From: Callorhinchus milii
Taxonomy: Eukaryota
Assembly: GCF_018977255.1 (NCBI RefSeq)
Contig: NW_024704769.1
Span: 4,030,001-4,094,000, forward strand
Length of the DNA: 64,000 bases
Direction: 5' to 3'
A program made the translations under genes and the position numbers. The notes beneath the pieces are model-generated. The model made no database searches. It was not told the origin of the DNA and saw only the letters and a program-made list of their open reading frames with translations. The stretch's first letter is position 1; the number at the start of each line of letters is the position of its first letter. This document shows positions 39,775-64,000 of this stretch, in pieces.

Positions 39775-42700
39775 ATGAAGCAGCGGCTGAAGCTGGAGGG
39801 GCGGCTCGCGGGCCACCCGGACTCGCGGGCCTGGTTCACGGCCTGGAGCCCCGCGGGGTCACTGCTCGCCTCGTGCGGCGGGGACCGGGCCGTGCGGGTC
39901 TGGGCCTCGGAGGGTGAGCCAGAGGGGGGGCCCCCGGGGCTGGGGGGAGGGAGGGGCCTGTAACTCTGATCTGTGTAAATCGTATACTCGCCCTAAGTCG
40001 TAGGTTTGCCCCAATGTTTCGCCCACGGAAGCACACGGTCACTACGCTTTACGGGGTGTCCCCGTGAAGGGGCTTCGGTGCGCGATGACGGCAACGCTGG
40101 CGTTTGATACGGCGCCTCATCACGTCCTCGAGACGTCCCCAAGCGCTTCGCCGGGTATTGCCGCCGACTGATTTGTGGGCGAAACGGGGGGGGGAGGGGG
40201 GGGGTGGCAGCCGGTTGCGCCCGGCGGCGTCCCCACGAGCGGCCGTGGTTTGAGTGACCGGATTTTCTTCTTTAAAGAGTCACTTAGAGAAGCCCGACTT
40301 AGGGTAAGAGGATAAAAGGCGCTACATCAAATGCAAGGATTATTATTATTATTATTATTATTAATGTAAACCCGTTCAAGAGTTTACGCTCTCGGCAAGT
40401 TTGACACGACTCACACCTAACTCCCAACTGGTAAGTCGTTATTAGTTGGCACCAGACATTTACCAGGACTTGTGCAAAGTATGTCAAACCTGGCACAGAA
40501 TATAAGCTCTCGAACGCGACTTGGGCAGTTGTGCAATTTATATAGATCAGACTTGCGTGAGTTTCATTGTAGTAATAATAATAATAATAATTTCTTGAGT
40601 TTGATGTAGAGTCTGATCACATCGTCAGGACGTCTCAAAGTGCTTTATAGATTTAAGGTGGATTGGCAAAGCTGTGCAAAAAACGGTCACAAGGCAACCC
40701 TACCTGCTACCTTGTGCTGACGTTTGTCTCTCTCCCTCTCTCTCTCTCCCCCAGGGACGGAGTGGGTGTGTAAGTGGGTGTTGGAGGATGGGCACCAGCG
40801 CACTGTGAGGAAGGTGGCCTGGTCTCCCTGTGGGAACTACTTGGCCTCAGTCAGCTTCGACGCAACGACCTGTATCTGGAGGAAGCAGGATGGCGGCTTT
40901 GAGGTAAGGAAGAGCATTAATCTCAGTCTGGCTGCGGTCTGAGCAGCTATTCGCTCTCTTCGGCCCGGGTTAATGAGACGGATCGTTAGTCAGGGTTCCT
41001 GCTGCTCTCTTGTCTACACAATGCAAAATTACATTTCTGTAGTGCCCTTCACATCGGGAGACGGCCCGAGGGACTGGCGCTCTATATCGCAGTCTGTCTC
41101 ATTCTGTTTCTCTCTTTCAATCAGTCTGTCTCGTTCTCTCTATCGCAATCCGTCTCGTTCTTTCTCTCACGCATCTCCCAGCGATGTGTCAATGATTGGA
41201 GTCACACACATGCCTCCGAATAGCTGACGCAGAACTGTTCTGGTAACTGGCGGTGGGGTGGGGGGTAAGATCAGATCTCACAAAAGCACAGCTGACTGCA
41301 GGTTGGAGGTTACCTGCTGACTCCCAGTATTTCCTTCACACAGTGCATTACAACGTTGGAAGGACACGAGAACGAGGTGAAGTCTGTCGCTTGGGCTCCG
41401 TCAGGCAACCTGCTGGCGACCTGCAGTCGTGACAAAAGTGTGTGGGTTTGGGAAGGTGAGAAAATGGCTATCGAAATGGATCAAAAGTCCCATAGAGTAG
41501 TGGTTAGTGCCCTCACCTCGCAAGCGAGAGAACCTGGGTTTGATTCCCGGGCAGAGCGAAACCATAGGCAAGTTTTATTACTCCTGGCTGCCGCGTTTCA
41601 CCCACAAAACACAAAACACACGGTCACTACATTTTAACAATCTAACCTGAAGCACTTTGAGATGTCTCAATGACATAAGGCGCTATATCAAATGGAAGGA
41701 TTATTACTATTATTATCAGTTTCTGACAACCTGCTTGTTGAAGATTGTCAGTGAATAAGATTGTCTGGTCTGGAGGGGAGGAGGGAGAGAGGGAACGTAT
41801 TTCAGGAAACGTGTTGAAGGAGTCCTGAGCTCCAGGTTGGATAATCTGTTACTGATTTTTCTTTCTCTTTCAGTGGATGAGGAGGATGAGTACGAGTGTG
41901 TGAGTGTGCTCAATGCCCACACCCAGGATGTCAAACATGTCATCTGGCACCCGAACGGAGAGGTGAGAGACTGTACAGCACTGGGTACACTCTGTGCTGT
42001 CCTACATTTCTGTTTTGAGTGAATGTAAAATACTTCTATCTAAACGCAAGGGTTTTACATGCAACTGTACACCGGGCAATTGCAAATATAACATAATAAT
42101 CCTTGCATTTGATATCGTGCCTTATCACATCGTCAAAACATCTCAAAAACGCTTCATAGGTTATACTGTAAAGTGTAGTGACTATTTTGTGGGCGAAACG
42201 TGGCAGCCAATTGCGCACAGCAGTGTCCCACAAACAGTCGTGGATTGAGTGACCAAATTTATCAGGGGGATTGTTGGCCAGGACACCAAGAGAGGGAGAG
42301 GGGAGAAATTCCCTTCTCTTTTGGAATAGCCCAGCGGAAGATCTTTCAGGCAGACGGGGAGTAAGGTTTAACATCTCATCTGAAGGTCGGCGTCTCTGAC
42401 AATCCAGGACCCCCACCCCCCCTCCCGAGTGCTGTATTGGAGAGTCCGCTTAGACAATGTAAGGGCTTCAACCCATCACCTCCTGACTAATGATTGTGAT
42501 TGAAGAGTGATCCAGAGCAGATGTTGACTGTGTATTTCTGAAATCTAACCAGCTGTTGGTATCTGGGAGTTATGACAACAGTATTAAGCTGTACAAAGAG
42601 GAGGACGATGACTGGGTTTGTTTCGACACACTGGAAGGACACGAGTCCACAGTGTGGAGCATCGCGTTTGATCAGAACGGGGATCGATTGGCCTCCTGCA

Positions 42701-44339
42701 GCGATGACAAAACTCTGAAAATCTGGAAAGAGTACAAGCCGGGGAACGAGCAGGGTAAGCTCCTCTGTTCCCAAAACACTCTCCCTCTATCCCTCCAGCC
42801 TTGCCCCATCCTTCCCACCTTGAGGTCGCGCCTGAAAACCTTCCTCTTCGACTGCACCGACTGACAGCTCCTCTCCCACCACCGGCTCGGTGTCAGCCTC
42901 CGCCACTGTCAAGCTTGCTGGGAGGTTGCCATGCGTGAGGTGTGCTGTATAGTGCAAATTGTTGTTGTTGATGTATCTGGGGCTTTCAGTTATATAATTT
43001 ACTATTCAACCGGTATTCCACACAGAATCATTTGTTGTTTTAACCCTTCTGTGAGTATCCGTTAAATAGAATTAATAATCAGTCCTGTACTGCAGTGGTT
43101 AGACCACTCGCCTCACAAGCGAGAGGACCCGGGTTCAATCCCTAGGCAGGCAAAACCTTAGGCAAGTTTCCTTACTCCACACAGCCGCCTGTTTACTTAG
43201 CAGTAAGTAGGAACCCGGTTTGTTAGTTGATCGATTGGCGGATCGCTTTCTGGGAGTAATAATCCCTCTCCCCCAAAAAATTGGGTCAATTAATCCACAA
43301 CACTGCTATGCGCAATTGGCTGCCCCGTTTCGTCCACAAAATACACAGTCACAGCACTTTACAGTATATTCTGTGAAGCGCTTTGAGACGTCTCGACGAA
43401 TTGTTAGGATCTGTATTAAATGTAAGTATTATTATTATTGGCTTTGTGGTGACTTTGACTGTTTCTAACACAGGTGTAATGTGCAATGGCTCTAATTCCT
43501 GCTGGAAATGTATCTGCACCTTGTCCGGTTACCACACCCGCACTGTCTATGACGTTTCCTGGTGAGTCTGAAATCCTGTTAAGAGATTTTCAAGAACACA
43601 AGCACCAAACCATTCAAAACTCTGCCGCCCAACAGTTCATTTAAGAGGCCATAGATTTCTTATTTGTGAGCCTTCAAAGAATTGGCATCACAGCCAAATA
43701 ATAGGAACAGGCGGAGGCCATTCAGGCCCTCGGAGCATGTTCCGCAATTCTGTAAGATCACGGCTGATCTGTACCTCAACTCCCAGTTGTTTGTCGATTG
43801 GCGAATTACTTTGTGGGGTAATAATCCCTTCAATAAGTAAATAATAATAATGTGGTCACTCGATCCGCGACTGTTTGTGGGACACTGCTGTGTTCAGTTG
43901 GCTGTTGTGTTTCCCTCACAACATGTACAGTCACTACGCTTAACAGTAAATCCTGTGAAGCGCTTTGAGACGTCTCGACTATGTGATAAGGCGCTACATT
44001 AAATGCAAGGATTATTATTGTTATTAATAAGGTTAGGTAACTCAGAAAATGAGTGATACAGGGACTTACCTTTGAATCCGTTGCAGGTGTCCGAACACCG
44101 GAGCCATAGCAACTGCGTGCGGCGATGATGCGATACGCGTCTTCGAGGAGGACCCCAACTCGGACCCCCATCAGCCCACCTTCTCCCTCGTGGCCCACGT
44201 CCCCAAAGCACACGCCCAGGACGTCAACTGTGTGGCCTGGAACCCCAAGCAGCCCGGGCTGCTGGCTTCCTGCAGCGACGACGGGGATATCGCCATCTGG
44301 AGATACGAAGCTGAACTCGCTACCGGCTGCTCCACGTAA
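39775..44339 (+). CDS. CIAO1: Cytosolic Fe-S assembly WD40 protein CIAO1, 343 aa; exons 39775-39913, 40755-40903, 41344-41455, 41874-41962, 42553-42754, 43474-43561, 44087-44339
   Basis: [90 protein letters not shown] and [14 protein letters not shown]. 1032 nt in frame. Confidence 0.97.
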
Positions 44340-46195
44340 AGTCCCAGCCTGTGATTCCCACAGCCGTCCGGCTGGCCAGTCACTCGCTGACCAACGCACC
44401 CTCGCAAAGCGTCCACCTCACCAGGACTGACACTGTTTGTTGCTGTAACAATCATATCCTGACGCTGGTGTTGTCTAATGTTAGCACTGACGGCACTGGA
44501 AGGCTTAATTCAGAATCTTATCAACCACTGATTTTTTAAATTATAAATATATATATTAAAACAAAGGTCAGCGTAGCTCGCCTCCGACAGTCTCCTGGGG
44601 TTATGAGCTGCAATGCGAACCCGGTTGTTAGTCGATTGGCGGATCGCTTTTCCGGGGATAATAATTCCTTCAGAAAATATTAATAATTTGGTCACTCAAT
44701 CCACGACTGTTTGTGGGGACGCTGTGAGCGCAATTGGCTGCCGGGTTTCGCCCACAAAATACAGTCAATTCTCTTTACGGTGTATTCTGTGAAGTTCTTT
44801 GCGACGTCTCAACAACGTGACAAGGCACTATATCAAATGCAAGGATTATTATTCTCTTTATGCAGCTCAGGGATATCCCTGAGACGGTCAACGATGTTGG
44901 ATAAGGAACAACTGCTGCCCCACTCGCCAGGTTTCACCCGCTCTGCTGTGTGTGTGTGTGCTGTATTCGTCTAAATCCAAGACAACGGCTCAATAAAGCG
45001 CTCACTAAATAACATTCTTTCTGCAGTGAAATGTGTTGTGCTGGTGGTGGGGAGGGAGAGGTTGTGCACACTGTTATTTCAATGTAACAACACACAACAT
45101 TTACACAGAGCCTTTCATGTCAGGAGAATGTCCCAAGGCTCTGGACAGTCAAGGATGTGCACCTGAGCTCGGGGTTGGGACCAGGAGGGGTGGAGGGCAG
45201 GAGTGACTTAAGGTGTGGTCAAAGCGAAGGGTCTTCAGACAGGGCTTGAGGGAGGGGGCAAAGCGAAGGGACTGGGATGGAGTTCTAAAGGGTAGGGGGC
45301 AGAGAGGCTGAAGGCCCGACCACCCACGATCTAATAGAATGGCGGAACGTAGGAACAGGCTCAAGGGGCTGAATGGCCTCCTCCTCTTCCTGTGTTCCTT
45401 GGGTTTGACCCACCCACAAGAACTCTGATCCTCTTCCCCGGAGGAGAGGAGAGAGCAGAGAAGTTGGGTTAAGCACACACACACACACACACACACAGAC
45501 ATCCTTGGCTCCAACGTTCAACACAAGGTGATCTTTTGGGTTGAAAATGTCACAGCAAAACCTAAAATTCAACATTCTCCAATACTTTATTCGGGCTCAA
45601 TTCACGCCCCACTGGACCGGTGAACAAATGACATGGATTCACTTCACTGGTACCAAAACTGTTAGTCAGTTCAGCCTGGTTATACTTTTGTCAGCAACTT
45701 ACAAAAGATCTACGCAGAAAGCTTTACAAAATCACTTCCGAGTTTTTCCTGCTTTTAAAACGACACTGACAAAAAGCCTGGGTCAATCTGAAAGTCTGTC
45801 TCTAACTCCAAACAGTTGCTTCCTGGTCATTGCTGGGGAATCACAAAAGCCACCCTTCAATTTAGGGCTTGTAACATAAGAGTCAAATGCGAAGAGCCTT
45901 ACCGACCAGATAAAGATATTGTACTGAATTATCATTGAGACGTTATGTTTTGCCTCGTACTCCTTCTGTTTCTGTTCGCTCTATGATAAAAGATATTTCC
46001 CCCGGCAGACAATACAACAAAAGCAACGTGTCTGAAAGATTCACACACATGTTGACGTACGAAGGAGTTCATGACGTTTTAAAACGTAACCAAATCTCCG
46101 AGACTTAATAAGAGCGTCTTTTACAAAACTACGCGACTCCAGCCGAGAATACAGCCAGAGAAAAGGGTCAGAGCGAGAGGAGGGGAAGGGCTGCT

Positions 46196-63928
<17,733 letters not shown>

Positions 63929-64000
63929 CTGCAGACAAAGCAACACAAGTTTTAGGCCTCGGTAGACAAGAACCCCAGCGCCGTGCACGTTAATGTATAT

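Overview
This is vertebrate genomic DNA with spliceosomal introns, not prokaryotic. The tRNA-derived Deu-type SINEs and L2/CR1 LINE tails suggest a cartilaginous fish, probably a holocephalan (inference). I rebuilt exons by hand from GT/AG boundaries and phase. Genes found: a partial duplicate of RNF122 (-, 48-2714); ITPRIPL1-like Mab-21 family gene (+, 3352-4943, one frameshift); MAK16 (-, 10 exons); a standalone U13 snoRNA (SNORD13) with an snRNA-type PSE/octamer promoter (-, 13020-13119); complete RNF122 (-, 155 aa); a defective partial NCAPH duplicate inside RNF122 intron 1; complete NCAPH (+, 700 aa); TMEM127 (-) head-to-head with CIAO1 (+); and the last 33 exons of SNRNP200 (-). The first ~26.5 kb looks like an assembly tangle, with two near-identical duplications abutting one N gap and an orphan G2/M-type promoter/first exon that probably belongs to NCAPH. 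I found no evidence of a new multi-gene biological system. The best leads are the U13 gene and its altered guide, a tandem array of extended CTCF-like motifs between U13 and MAK16, the displaced NCAPH promoter, a 66-bp intronic hairpin in SNRNP200, a MITE-like family and a young SINE subfamily. Homology calls come from recalled protein/RNA sequences, not database searches.
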